Assembly (NCBI RefSeq): GCF_006345805.1
Contig: NW_021830463.1
Coordinates: 1-64,000, forward strand
Source: Octopus sinensis
Taxonomy: Eukaryota
Length of the DNA stretch: 64,000 nucleotides
Direction: 5' to 3'
The notes beneath the pieces are model-generated. The model had not been told where the DNA came from and did not search any database. It worked only from the letters and a program-made list of their open reading frames with translations. The first letter of the stretch is position 1. Each line of letters begins with the position of its first letter. Positions 25,881 through 37,930 of the stretch are shown piece by piece. The position numbers were made by a program, and so were the translations under genes.

Positions 25881-26795
25881 GTTCAATACATGGTGGAAGA
25901 ACCTGCTAGAAATAGTAGCCATATAGCCCACAAATCATACATACAACAGCATCTAAAAACGAAAGCAGGTACTCATTGGTATGATTTGAGTGCATTTTTA
26001 TTATAAATCTCTTAGATCAACTTTTGTTTATCATTTACTACAATAACAACAACAACAATATAGGCTAGTTGATGATCAAGGCATCCACAGCGTCGACCAC
26101 AGAAATGGCTTTGATAAGACAGCAATGAATTAAAAGTTTCTTCACTATTAATAAGATCACTAACAATCAATAACTCTGAATCGGATGCTCAGTGGAGTAG
26201 TTAGTCGCGTTACTTAATCTATAGCCACAGAGGGAGAGAGGTAGAGAGGAAGTGAGAAGGTGGGGATGAGGGTGATGGAATGGGTGGAGGAAGATGTGAT
26301 GGGGGAGAAAGAAAGAGAGATAAAGAAAGAGAAAGTTAAGTGAAAGTCGCTTCGACCCCAGCGCTAGTTCAAGTAATGCGTAAAGACGCGTGCTTAAATA
26401 TTGATTTCCAGTACAGGCACAATGCCATGGATTTGGGGAAAGGAACAGTCGATTAGATCAACCCCCATGACTAGAATGGCATTAAATTTATCGACTCAAA
26501 GAGTAAAAAAAAAAAAAGAAAAAAATTCGAAGTGAACCATGGTGGTATTTGAACCTGGGACGTACCGGAATGAAACTTAACAACAAGAATAATTTCATAT
26601 GAAAAGTTTCCTGTTTCTCCATCGGACGTCATATTAATAGACACGCGCATGCGTCCACACATGCATACACAACTATTAGTATGTTCTGCATTAACCAAAG
26701 AGCCATATTTTATTATTACTTTTTTTTTTGTGGAATGGTTCGTCGATTTTAACCAATTATATTTATCAACAACTTGAATGGTATTTATTTTATCG

Positions 26796-27213
26796 AAGGC
26801 GGCGAGCTGGCAGAAACGTTAGCACGCCAGGCGAAATGCTTAGCAGTATTTCGTCTGCCGCTACGTTCTCAGTTCAAATTCCGCCGAGGTCGACTTTGCT
26901 TTTCATCCTTTCGGGGTCGATTAAATAAGAACCAGTTACGCACTGGGGGCGATATAATCGACTTAATCCGCCTGTCTGTCCTTATTTGTCTTCTCTGTGT
27001 TTAGCCCCCTGTGGGTAGTAAAGAAATAGGTATTTCGTCCGCCGCTACGTCCTGAGTTCAAATTCCGCCGAGGTCGACTTTGCCTTTCATCCTTTCAGGG
27101 TCGATTAAATAAGTACCAGTTATGCACTGGCGTCGATATAATCGACTTAATACGTTTGTCTGTCCTTGTTTGTCCTCTCTGTGTTTAGCCCCTTGTGGGT
27201 AGTAAAGAAATAG
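26796..27213 (+). mobile_element. tRNA-derived SINE family C, two tandem copies
   Basis: Head AAGGCGGCGAGCTGGCAGAAACGTTAGC...AGTTCAAATTCC; core GAGGTCGACTTTGCCTTTCATCCTTTCGGGGTCGATTAAATAAGTACCAG resembles the Meta-SINE domain as I recall it (tentative). Confidence 0.85.
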
Positions 27214-27377
27214 TTTTTTTTTATTCATCGACCGTGAATTGATTAGAGACAAAGTTGACATCGGTGGGATTTGAACTTGAAGAGCTAGAAGAAATGTTGT
27301 TTAGTATATTCTCTAAGGAGCGAACGATTCTGCCAGGTCGCTACCTTTGTATTTTTTTTTAACAAAGCTTTCTAAAA

Positions 27378-27630
27378 TAGTTAGTTAGTTAGTTAGTTAA
27401 TTTGGCTCAAAAGCAAATAGCAAGGCCATGTAGGGGGACATGGAGTTAAGTACAGGGTGGTGTTCATGTAAAGAGTTCAGGCCACTTGAGGTCAAGGGAG
27501 GCTTTGAACAAAGCGGTCGTCGGCATCTTCACCATCTCGTCTGGCAGTTGTTCCACGGATCCGCAACCCGGACGGAGAAAGCTCCTCTCCTTCGATTGAG
27601 ACGAAATCGTCGCAGGTAGAGCTTTTCGGG
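27378..27630 (-). mobile_element. CR1-like LINE 3' fragment with (TAAC)n tail
   Basis: Minus-strand translation RRFRLNRRRGAFSVRVADPWN(fs)LPDEMVKMPTTALFKASLDLKWPELFT*; tail at 27378-27399. Confidence 0.75.
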
Positions 27631-27639
27631 GACAGGGCT

Positions 27640-27830
27640 TGAAATATTAGGGGAGATAAATAGTCGATTATATCGATCCCTGTGCTCCTCTGGCGTTCAA
27701 TTTATCGACCCGAACCATGAAGGACAAAGTAAGCCCACCTCAGCGGAATTTGAACTCTGAATGTAAAGATGGATGAAAAATTGTTGATCATTTTGTCCGG
27801 GGTGCAAACGATTCTGTCCGCTCACCGGTT
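27640..27830 (-). mobile_element. SINE family C, diverged
   Basis: TTTATCGACCC...TGAAGG...CCTCAGCGGAATTTGAACTCTGAA. Confidence 0.6.
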
Positions 27831-28204
27831 GTGCTGCGTTTTAATAAAGATGATTTCATATTTTTGTTACAAGGACATCAATTTTGAGAGGAAAGGAATT
27901 CGATTACACGGATCCGTTATCAGCTGGTACATATTTTATTGACTCCGTAATTATGAAAGGGGAAAAAACTTATTTTTGAAGGCATTTGAGTGCTGGAGGA
28001 AACGCCGCATTTTGTTCGACGAACTACAAATTCAGCACGATTTGTGTTTCTTCCCACAAATGTTTTTTGCGTCGTCCGTCCTGTAACGTTATCATTCGTT
28101 AGATGGATTTCTAAAATATATACAAGATAACTGAGGGGAAAATTACCACTGAGAAAAGGTAATAGACATAGTAATAGACATAGTAATAGACATAGTAATA
28201 GACA

Positions 28205-28626
28205 TAGGCGCAGGAGTGGCTATAGGCGCAGGAGTGGCTATGTGGTAAGTAGCTTGCTAACCAGCCACATGGTTTCGGGTTCAGTCCCACTGCGCGGCAT
28301 CTTGGGCAAGTGTGTTCTGCTATAGCCCCGGGCCGACCAATGCATTGTAAGTGGATTTGGTAGACGGAAACTGAAAGAAGCCTGTCGTATATATGTATAT
28401 ATATATGTGTGTGTATGTGTTTGTGTGTTTGTCCCCCTAGCATTGCTTTACAACCGATGCTGGTGTGTTTATGTCTCCGTAACTTAGCGGTTTGGCAAAG
28501 GAGACCGATAGAATAAGTACTAGGCTTACAAAGAATAAGTCCTGGGGTCGATTTGCTCGTCTAAAGGCGGTGCTCCAGCATGGCCGCAGTCAAATGACTG
28601 AAACAAATATAAGAGTATAAGAGTAA
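28205..28626 (+). mobile_element. SINE family B, full length, duplicated head
   Basis: TAGGCGCAGGAGTGGCTA twice, then the full family B body. Confidence 0.9.
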
Positions 28627-28811
28627 GATAATTGAGGTGAAAATTACCATTGATAAAAGGAAAAATAATAGACATAGGACCAATGATAGGATACATTACT
28701 CTTTCAAAATACAGCAACATTTGTTTCAACACATGCTTCAGAATATGTAAAAATGTAATTAGGTTTTAATTTATCAAGTTAAATGGGGATCGCGGAGTGT
28801 GAGAAGTATCA

Positions 28812-28975
28812 CAGACGAAATGCTTAGCGATATTTCATCTGCCGTTAGGTTCTGAGTTCAAATTCCGCCGAGGTCGATTTACCTTTCATCCTTTCGGGTC
28901 GATTAAATAAGTACCAGTTACGCACTGGCTCGATATAATCGACTTAATCCATTTGTCTATCCTTGTTTGTCCTCT
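28812..28975 (+). mobile_element. SINE family C, 5'-truncated
   Basis: GAGTTCAAATTCCGCCGAGGTCG...AAATAAGTACCAGTTACGCACTGG. Confidence 0.8.
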
Positions 28976-29519
28976 CGGATTTTTACCTTTAGACCGACAG
29001 ATTTAAAAAATTATTTTTTGTAAATAAAAACTTTCAAACTTCGGACACTGGTAGAATGTGTCCTATAAAACATATTTTATTCTTAGCGATTGTGAGAAAA
29101 GCTTGTATTTAGGAAGTTATTTCACGTTAAAGTTGTCGTATTCCGGTAATTTCAACCAATCAATGACGTATATTCAGGCGAATAAAATTACTGCCGTTGT
29201 TTGTGAACAACAACTATCGGCGGTGTATTTTTCGTTTGTCACTGTTATTTATGACACCGTTCGCGCGTTTGTACTGGTTTTAGCTTTAAGGTTTCAGTGT
29301 AAAGATCCGTCCCCTCTATGTTTAGCTCCTTGTGGGTAATAAAAAAAAATTATTATTATGAAGAGAAATTAGAAGTTAATATAGTAACACATGGTGGGCA
29401 TAAATAATGTGCTTGGCTACTTTGATTTGAAAGAATAAAAGATAAGATTAATAAAGCCCGCAGATATGTGTAGTTGAAATAATTACCTATACTGAAGTAT
29501 ATCGGGTTCAAATTTGGCC

Positions 29520-29712
29520 ATAATGCCAGCTATTTCTAGGGAAGTCGCAAGTCGATTTCATCGAACTTAGTTTTCAACTGGCACTTTTTTTATCGACCCC
29601 TAAAGGATGAAAGGTAACGTCGACCTCGGCGGAATGTGAACTCAGAACGTAAAGACAGATGAACTACCGCGAAGCATTTTGCCCGGCGCAGTGGCGATTC
29701 TGTCAGCTAGAT
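29520..29712 (-). mobile_element. SINE family C, diverged
   Basis: TATCGACCCCTAAAGGATGAAAGG...CCTCGGCGGAATGTGAACTCAGAACG. Confidence 0.7.
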
Positions 29713-30324
29713 GCCTCCTACCGAAGTGTGATATAAACCACTGACTACTGAAAGCGGCCCCTAGATTTCCTTCACCAGAACTATATACTCTTGTATGCTA
29801 CACTCCCGTATCATATATGTAGTAGCATGAATTGCTTTCGAATTGAAACTGGTTATTCTTCTCTTTTTCTGTTCATGATATTTCCATGGTCAATTTGATA
29901 TTTAGAGGCCGGTTGGAAGAAATTTTCTTTTCAGTGTAACCGCAATATTAAACTAATATTTCTATCAGATTTTCAAATTTAAATAATTCGAATTTTATTT
30001 TTTAAATAAATATTTTTTCACAAATAACCTTTATAAATATTTAATTTCAACTACCTGTCTTAAGTGATCCATCCGCTATTATACTTTCCTTTTGTGTCAA
30101 AAAAATACTTTATTTCTTTTTACATTTTTCTTTTATTAAATCCATGCTGATATTCATTCCAGAATACAAGGATTGACTTCACATATTATATTTTTTTTAC
30201 AACGCTATCCAAATATAAAGAATGACATTTCGTTTAGTTGCTCCTATTCAATGGGTTCGTTTTCAAGATATGATAATATAGAAATAAAAGAACGGAAAAA
30301 ATATTATGACAAAAGAAATAAGAA

Positions 30325-30359
<35 letters not shown>

Positions 30360-30391
30360 AAATAATATTAATACTAATGATTATGATGATG

Positions 30392-30424
<33 letters not shown>

Positions 30425-30707
30425 TAATAATAATAATAATGCAAAAAATAAATAAAGGAAACGTAAAAATAAAAGAGACAATCGTAGACGATTACTATAA
30501 TTACATGAAAACATCTTGTGTGATGTGGTGGTAATTAAACTAAAATGCCAGTAAATGTCTCCAATTTTACATGGGAATGCAGTACCAAAGCTCCAAGACA
30601 AAAGATAAAAAGCTCGACATGACATTCATGTTGGTTGGAATTCCATCTACATTATATCGTGTCTCACAGTGTGTAATCCACCTACTGAGGAAGAATACAG
30701 AAAGACA

Positions 30708-30742
<35 letters not shown>

Positions 30743-31135
30743 GTATGAAATATGTAATGCCTACACATAGATACATATCATCTCATATATATATACACAT
30801 ACACCCGTTTACAACCACATACTCATGTCATCATATGTACCAACCCATATCCACTCAAACAACAAAGTGAGCATATACATATAAATATATATTTATGCAT
30901 ATACATATATATATATATATTTATATATGTATATATTTATTTATATATGTATTTATGTGCGTATATATATATATCCACATATATATATATATACGTATAT
31001 ATATTACCATATCTATAATATGCATGTATACACAATATATATGCGTACTTCCTTAAATATGTATACATATGTACGTATGTGCATGATTTTTAGACGTGGT
31101 TGTGTATGTGTGTGTGTGAGATAGAGAGAGATAGA

Positions 31136-31166
<31 letters not shown>

Positions 31167-31789
31167 TGTGTGTGTGTGTGTACGTATGTATGCTGATGTG
31201 TTTGAATGCCGGAGCTTTTATGTCATAATTCAATAAACATTTCATATTTTTTTCAATATTTACTTGTGATTTCGTATACTTAAAAAAAAATTGTCTTTTA
31301 CAATTTTTTAAATTTTGTGGTTGAAAGATATTAAAAGATGGATTTTGTTAACAGAGAGATGATGTTTTAGATTTAAGTGACTTTATCAGCAAGATGCCTT
31401 AGATATGTATAAAGAGTGTAACGATGGGAAAGTTGAATCATATTGCAAGAATTTCAGAGATAATGTAACTATTGTAGAGTTCTATTGTGTACTCCAAGAG
31501 TGAGACACCACTCTATGCACTGTTGTAGTTGAACAAAACAGTAATAACCGATATCAAGAAACTGATTATCACCTCTTCAGTCACTCCATTCCCCCTATTT
31601 CAATGCTATAGTAAAAGGAAATTTCCTGAGGCATTTCTATACATTTTACCTGACGATTGGGCCTTGTCCACGGGAACGTAACAAAAGCGTGAATAATGCT
31701 ATTTAACCCAGTGAAATTCCTTTTTAATTTGAATTTTGGGCGTATCTTTTGTCTTTAAATTGTTTCAATCATTAGATTTAGGTCATGCT

Positions 31790-32165
31790 GGAGCACTACC
31801 TTGAATAAGTTTTAGTCGATTGGCTGTATTTCTTTACGTATGATACTTATTCTATCGGTATCTTCTTTGCGATCCGCTACACACTAATGTTAACACACCA
31901 ACACCGACTGTCAAACGGCGGTGAGTGGCAAACACAGACTCAAAGACACACATACATACAAACACACACACACACACACACGCATACACAAACACGCACA
32001 CACACACGACGGAGAAGAGCTTCTTCCAATTTCCGTCTATCAAATTTACTCACAAAGCTTTGGTAGGCAAGCAGCGATAATAGAAGTTAGTTGCCCAAAG
32101 TTCCACGCAGGGAGAATGAACCTGGAACCATGTGGTTGGGAAGTAAGTTTCTTACCACACAGACA
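31790..32165 (-). mobile_element. SINE family B, diverged
   Basis: CATGCTGGAGCA...GAGCTTCTTCCAATTTCCGTCTATCAAAT...TTCTTACCACACAG. Confidence 0.65.
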
Positions 32166-32317
32166 CGCCAAGTTAGCTTCGCAATCTTGTAGTTTCGGTT
32201 TCAGTATACTTACGTCACTACGCGTCAAACCTCTTTCACTATATACCCTTGCCGACAAATGCCTTCTAAGGAGAAATTTGATTCCAGAAACCTCGAGGTA
32301 AAAGGAACTATATATAT

Positions 32318-32700
32318 ATGTGTGTGTGTGTTGTGTGTGTGTGTGTTGTGTGTGTGTGTGTTGTGTGTTGTGTGTGTGTGTCTGTTGTGTGTGTGCGTGT
32401 GTGTGTGTGTGTGCTGTGTGTGTGTGTTGTGTGTGTGTGCGTGTGTGTGTGTGTCGTGTGTGTGTGTGTGTTGTGTGTGTGTGCATGTGTTGTGCGTGTG
32501 TGTTGTGTGTGTGTGTGTGCGTGTGTTGTGTGTGTGTGTTGTGTATGTGTGTGTGTGTGTGCGTGTGTTGTGTGTGTGTGTGGTGTGTTGGTGTGTGTGT
32601 GTGTGTGTGCGTGTGTTGTGTGTGTGTGTGTTGTGTGTGTGTCGTGTGTGTGTTGTGTGTGTGCGTGTGTTGTGTGTGTGTGTGTGTGTATGTGTGTGTT
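32318..32700. repeat. Degenerate (TG)n array
   Basis: Direct reading. Confidence 0.95.
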
Positions 32701-33155
32701 CGAGACTTTGTAGTTCGTTTTTCTCTCCAAACCCTTACAAACAACACTATTTCGTTTATGTTCCGTGTAAATTTAGCGGTTTAGCGCGAGATAAAAATAG
32801 TGTGGCTGTATGGTAAGTAGCTTGCTTACGAACCACATGGTAGCGGGGTCAGTCCCTCTGCGTGGCACCTTGGGCAAGTGTCTTCCACTATAGCCTCGGT
32901 CCGACCAAAGCCTTGTGGGTAGATTTAGTAGACGGAAACTGAAAGAAGCCGGTCGTGTATAGGTATATATATATATATATATATATATAAACAAGTCAAA
33001 ATGCGATAAAATAAAAATAATTATTATCGCTGGTATTTCTAGCACAAGCCATATATTTTTCATATATCAGTACATTAAGGCGAAATATGTGCTAGGAACA
33101 CAGAAGCTAGATAAATTTAGTGAAATGAAGATAAAAACATTTACTAACTCGGTTC

Positions 33156-33229
33156 CTCTTAGACTGCAGTTTCTTTCTTTTCAGCAATAAAGATAATTTA
33201 TTTGCTCAGGGAGAATTCATCGGTAAGAG
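33156..33229 (-). ncRNA. Type-I hammerhead ribozyme motif with extended stem II (U4C)
   Basis: CTCTTA-CCGATGA-A-[TTCT..AGCAAATAAA TTATC TTTATTGCT..AGAA]-A-GAAA-CTGCA-GTC-TAAGAG; perfect 6-bp stem I. Confidence 0.7.
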
Positions 33230-33552
33230 CCCTGTTGTTCTGAGATCCTAACTCACTAGCAGCATGTGCTTCTAATGATTTACTCTCTCTAACTAATCAG
33301 ATCACTGCGCAGACTCCGAACGTCCCGACAAAACTAGGGATTTCTGGTATATCGTCTAGCGCTCAAAATTTATCGAGAAATATGTAAACAAGTCAAAATG
33401 CGATAAAATAAAAATAATTATTATCGCTGGTATTTCTAGCACAAGCCATATATTTTTCATATATCAGTACATTAAGGCGAAATATGTGCTAAGAACACAG
33501 AAGCTAGATAAATTTAGTGAAATGAAGATAAAAACATTTACTAACTCGGTTC

Positions 33553-33626
33553 CTCTTAGACTGCAGTTTCTTTCTTTTCAGCAATAAAGATAATTTATTT
33601 GCTCAGGGAGAATTCATCGGTAAGAG
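33553..33626 (-). ncRNA. Type-I hammerhead ribozyme motif, second copy
   Basis: Identical motif 397 bp away. Confidence 0.7.
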
Positions 33627-33670
33627 CCCTGTTGTTCTGAGATCCTAACTTACTAGCAGCATGTGCATAT

Positions 33671-33743
<73 letters not shown>

Positions 33744-34244
33744 ATGTTTGTGTGTCTGTGTTTGTCCCCCAACAGCGCTTGACAACCGATGCTGGTGTGT
33801 TTACGTCCCCATAACTTAGCGGTTCGGCAAAAGAGACCGATAAATTAAGTACTAGGCTTACAAAGAATAAGTCCTGGGGTCGATTTACTCGACTAAAGGT
33901 GGTGCCCCAGCATGGCCACAGTCAAATGATTGAAACAAGAAAAGGAGTAAAAGAGTAAGGGTAGATTTGCTTCACAAGGCTCTTCAAGGCGGCTATGCAG
34001 CAGTCCCAAAGTTTAATGAATGACTGAATTAATGCATTATCTTCGACTATCTTCCTCTATTGATTTCAAATATAGCACATAAACATAAAACTCCATACGT
34101 ATATATATTTTCCACGCAGAACACATTTTAAAATAAAAGATTTTGCAAGGCATATAACTCAAATCTTGCAAAATGTAAATTAAGTAAGAAGGTTAATTGT
34201 AGAAAAATTCTCATACAAATATACACTTATATTCTTATTTTTTT

Positions 34245-34468
34245 ATTTACCACAAGGGGCTAAACATAGAGGGGACAAACAAGGACAGACACAGGTATTA
34301 AGACGATTACATCGACCCCAGTACTTAACTGGTACTTGATTTATCGACCCCGAAAGGATGAAAGGAATAGTGGACGTCGGCAGAATTTGAACTCAGAACG
34401 TAACGGCAGACGAAGTGCCGCTAAGCATTTCGCCCGGCGTGCTAATGTTTCTGTCAGCTCGCCGCCTT
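34245..34468 (-). mobile_element. SINE family C, near full length
   Basis: Reverse complement of the 26796-type consensus. Confidence 0.85.
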
Positions 34469-34893
34469 ATATTCTTACGCACATAAACCGTAGGTATGGC
34501 TGCGTGGTCAAGATGGTTGCTTTACAAGCACGTAGCTTCGGGTTCAGACTCGTTGAGCGACAATTTGCATGCCACTGGTGAGACTGCGCTCTGCATCGTT
34601 TTAGCCTTTCAAATAACGCCACTCCACTGGCTAGACAAGCAGGTCAACTCTCCCTCATCTGATCGAAATTGGGGACTGGAGCAACGTAAAATGGAATGTT
34701 CTGTTGAAGAGCCCAACACGCCGCCCAATCAAGTAATCTAGCGCATGTATGTTCATATTTGTGTGTTTGTGTGCCTTGCCCACCTCTACTAAACCAACGG
34801 TATTATGTTTTCTTTTTTATTTTCACCATTCATAAAGAAATTCGGCAAAGGAATCCGTGAAAGAACTCGTTGGAACCTTCGGTAAACATTTTT

Positions 34894-35087
34894 TAGGCGC
34901 AAGATTGACTGTATTGTACGTAGCTTGCTTACCAACCAGATGGTTCAGGGATCAGTCCCACTGCTTGGCACTCTGGGCAAGTGTCTTCTACTATATCTGC
35001 GGGCCGACCAAAGACGTGAGAGTGGATGTCGTAGACGGAAATCGGAAGAAGCCCGTCATATCTGTCTCTCTATTTATTTTTCTATCG

Positions 35088-35131
<44 letters not shown>

Positions 35132-35164
35132 ATCTATCTATCTATCGATCTATCTATCTATCAT

Positions 35165-35216
<52 letters not shown>

Positions 35217-35400
35217 ATATACACATATATGTATGTATATATCTATGTATGCGTGTGTATATATTTGTGTCTGTGTTTGTCTCCACCAAAATGCTTGACA
35301 GCCGATGCTGGTATGTTTATGCCCCTGTTACTCAGTGGTTCGGCCAAAGAGACCGATGGAAAAAGTACTAGGCTTACAAAGAATAAGCTCTGGAGTCGAC
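34894..35400 (+). mobile_element. SINE family B, diverged
   Basis: TAGGCGCAAG...GTAGCTTGCTTACCAACC...internal (TATC)n/(TA)n...GCTTACAAAGAATAAG. Confidence 0.7.
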
Positions 35401-35842
35401 TGGAGAAATATATTTGTAAAATATTGTCCTTGTCACCTTCCTTAGTTTTATACTGCTTGATATTGTTCTTACACCCAGTTCATTCACCCTGTTGACTTTT
35501 CCTATTAAAAAAACGCTTCATAGGCAACATAATAACATTAAAATTAATTCATTGTTGTTAAGAATCCTTGCGGCGCACCCTGAGAATGATATAAATAATA
35601 GTAAAAGTATAGAAGACAGAACTGTATTTAGAAGAGAAGAAAAGGAAAAAGGGAAAAAAAAACAACTCATCAGCTTTGAATTAATTAATTTCGAGACATC
35701 CCTCCAGATTGTTCGTGACAAACTAACGTATCGCGAGACGCAGTTTGGAAAGCATGGCTCTATATTCTTCCAAATACAATAGATACCTATGTACATTCAC
35801 CCACACACACATATAGTCACAAGCTTATAAATTATATATATA

Positions 35843-35877
<35 letters not shown>

Positions 35878-36649
35878 TTATATATATATATATATACACA
35901 CACATATATATATATGTATATATATACATATACATACATATATATATACGTAATATGTATATATAAATAAATATATACATATATATATATACATACACAT
36001 AAATATATATACACAAGCATATATGTGTATGTATGTATAAACAAATATGCATACATCCCTACAATCTCCAAACACGCACATCTAAACACTCGTTAACACG
36101 CAAACTTATACACACACATACACACACACACACATACTCTCAGACATGCGCGTGCGCAGATACATGTTTGTGCGAGTGCTCGTGCACGTGACATAAAAAT
36201 CTACTTTGGAACGATGAGGTTTCTAGTTCGACGCAACTGCTCAGCACTTTCATTCGAATTCATTGTTCCATGTTGTCTACATTACATCATGTCTCTCGCT
36301 GCAACACCGAATGCGCAAACTTACGCAATCAGTTGATGGATAAGTTAGAATTCCTAAATACGCGGCAATTCAACTATATTCCAGAACTCTCTCAAGCTAG
36401 TGAGTGCTTCTTAGATGCGAAAAAGCATTTCCATAATTTTGACATTTCTCAGATGCTGAAGCCGCGAGAGCAATTCCAAATGAGTTGAGTTTTCTGCGAT
36501 ATATTAGAATTCAGGTATACAAGTATTGCTTGATGTACGACAAACACTCACGTTTATTAGCGTAAAGGATTTTGTAAAGCTGCTGGACATTTCGCCAAAC
36601 AGTCAAAAGCCCAAGATGAATGGGGAAACATATTCTTTTATTCTTTTAT

Positions 36650-36915
36650 TCTTTTATTCGTTTCAGTCACTTGACTGTGGCCATGCTGGAGCATCGCCTT
36701 TAGTCGAGCACATCGACCCCAGAAATTATTCTTTGTAAGCCTAGTACTTATTCAATCGGTCTGTTTTGCCGAACCGCCTTGTTACTGGGACGTAAACACA
36801 CCAGCATCGTTTGTCAAGCGATGTTGGGGGGACAAACACAGACTCACAAACGTATACAAACACAAACACACACACACACGCACACAAACACACACACACA
36901 CACACAAAACACACA

Positions 36916-36956
<41 letters not shown>

Positions 36957-37117
36957 CATATATACGACGGGCTTCTTTCAGTTTCCGTCTAACAAATCCA
37001 CTCGCAAGGCTTTGGTCGGCCCGAGGCTATAGTAGAAGACACTTTCCCAAGGTGCTATGCAGTGGGACTGAATCCAGAACCATGTAGTTCGGAAGCAAGC
37101 TACTTACCACACAGCCA
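36650..37117 (-). mobile_element. SINE family B, full length
   Basis: Reverse complement of the family B consensus with internal (CA)n(TA)n. Confidence 0.85.
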
Positions 37118-37633
37118 GACCACAAACCGGTCTATATTTACCAGATAGGCGTGTTTTCCGAAAGGCGTAAAAATCTTCTTTGATGAATGAGAATACTCAG
37201 ACGAGTAATTATAGCCGGTTATCTGAGCATTACGAAGGATATGTGAAAGTTCTAGGTTCATTCGGATGACAAATGGAAGTCAAACGAATTGTTACAATTA
37301 TCTCCGTTGTCTAACAACTGGAAGAAATGAATGATGAGCGTGCTTCTCACTAAGCGAAATTGAAATATATAACATGAAAATGTATCTCTATTTTCACCAT
37401 AAGATAAGTTTCTGCTATCTTAGAGACACACAGTCATGCGTATATATTACACAAACACGTAGATACGCACACAAACGGTCACGTAGAGGCCCTTGCGCAG
37501 AGATGCCCAAAGAGAGGCACTCGGGCAGACATAAAAATGCATTTCTCATGTTGCAAGGTACGTCATATTAGAACTGGCGTTGTCTTGCGTTGAGGGTCCA
37601 CAAAAACCTATTTGATCCTTGGAAAGAATAGTA

Positions 37634-37639
37634 ATAATG

Positions 37640-37683
<44 letters not shown>

Positions 37684-37770
37684 CATAATAATAATAATAA
37701 TAATAATAATGATAATAATAATAATAATAATAATATAATATAATACATAATAATAATAATAATGATGATG

Positions 37771-37816
<46 letters not shown>

Positions 37817-37838
37817 AATAATAATAATGATGATGGTG

Positions 37839-37871
<33 letters not shown>

Positions 37872-37885
37872 TAATAATGATGATG

Positions 37886-37930
<45 letters not shown>
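37634..37930. repeat. (TAA)n/(GAT)n array upstream of the R4/Dong fragment
   Basis: Direct reading. Confidence 0.95.

Larger units (their letters stand above)
32988..33666 (-). mobile_element. Retrozyme-like non-autonomous element: 1.7 tandem units of a 397-bp monomer, one HHR per unit
   Basis: 282-bp direct repeats 32988-33269 and 33385-33666 (about 2 mismatches), 115-bp spacer, no ORF, (TA)n both sides, HHRs at 33156-33229 and 33553-33626. Confidence 0.75.
32802..33957 (+). mobile_element. SINE family B split by a 679-bp insertion in its internal (TA)n
   Basis: 5' half ~32802-32960 and 3' half ~33730-33957 are colinear around the insert. Confidence 0.85.

Noticed and set aside
32988-33666. 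Direct repeats as solo/paired LTRs or a CRISPR-like array
   Set aside because: No TG...CA ends, PBS or TSD; only two long repeats; eukaryotic context. A tandem HHR unit explains it better.
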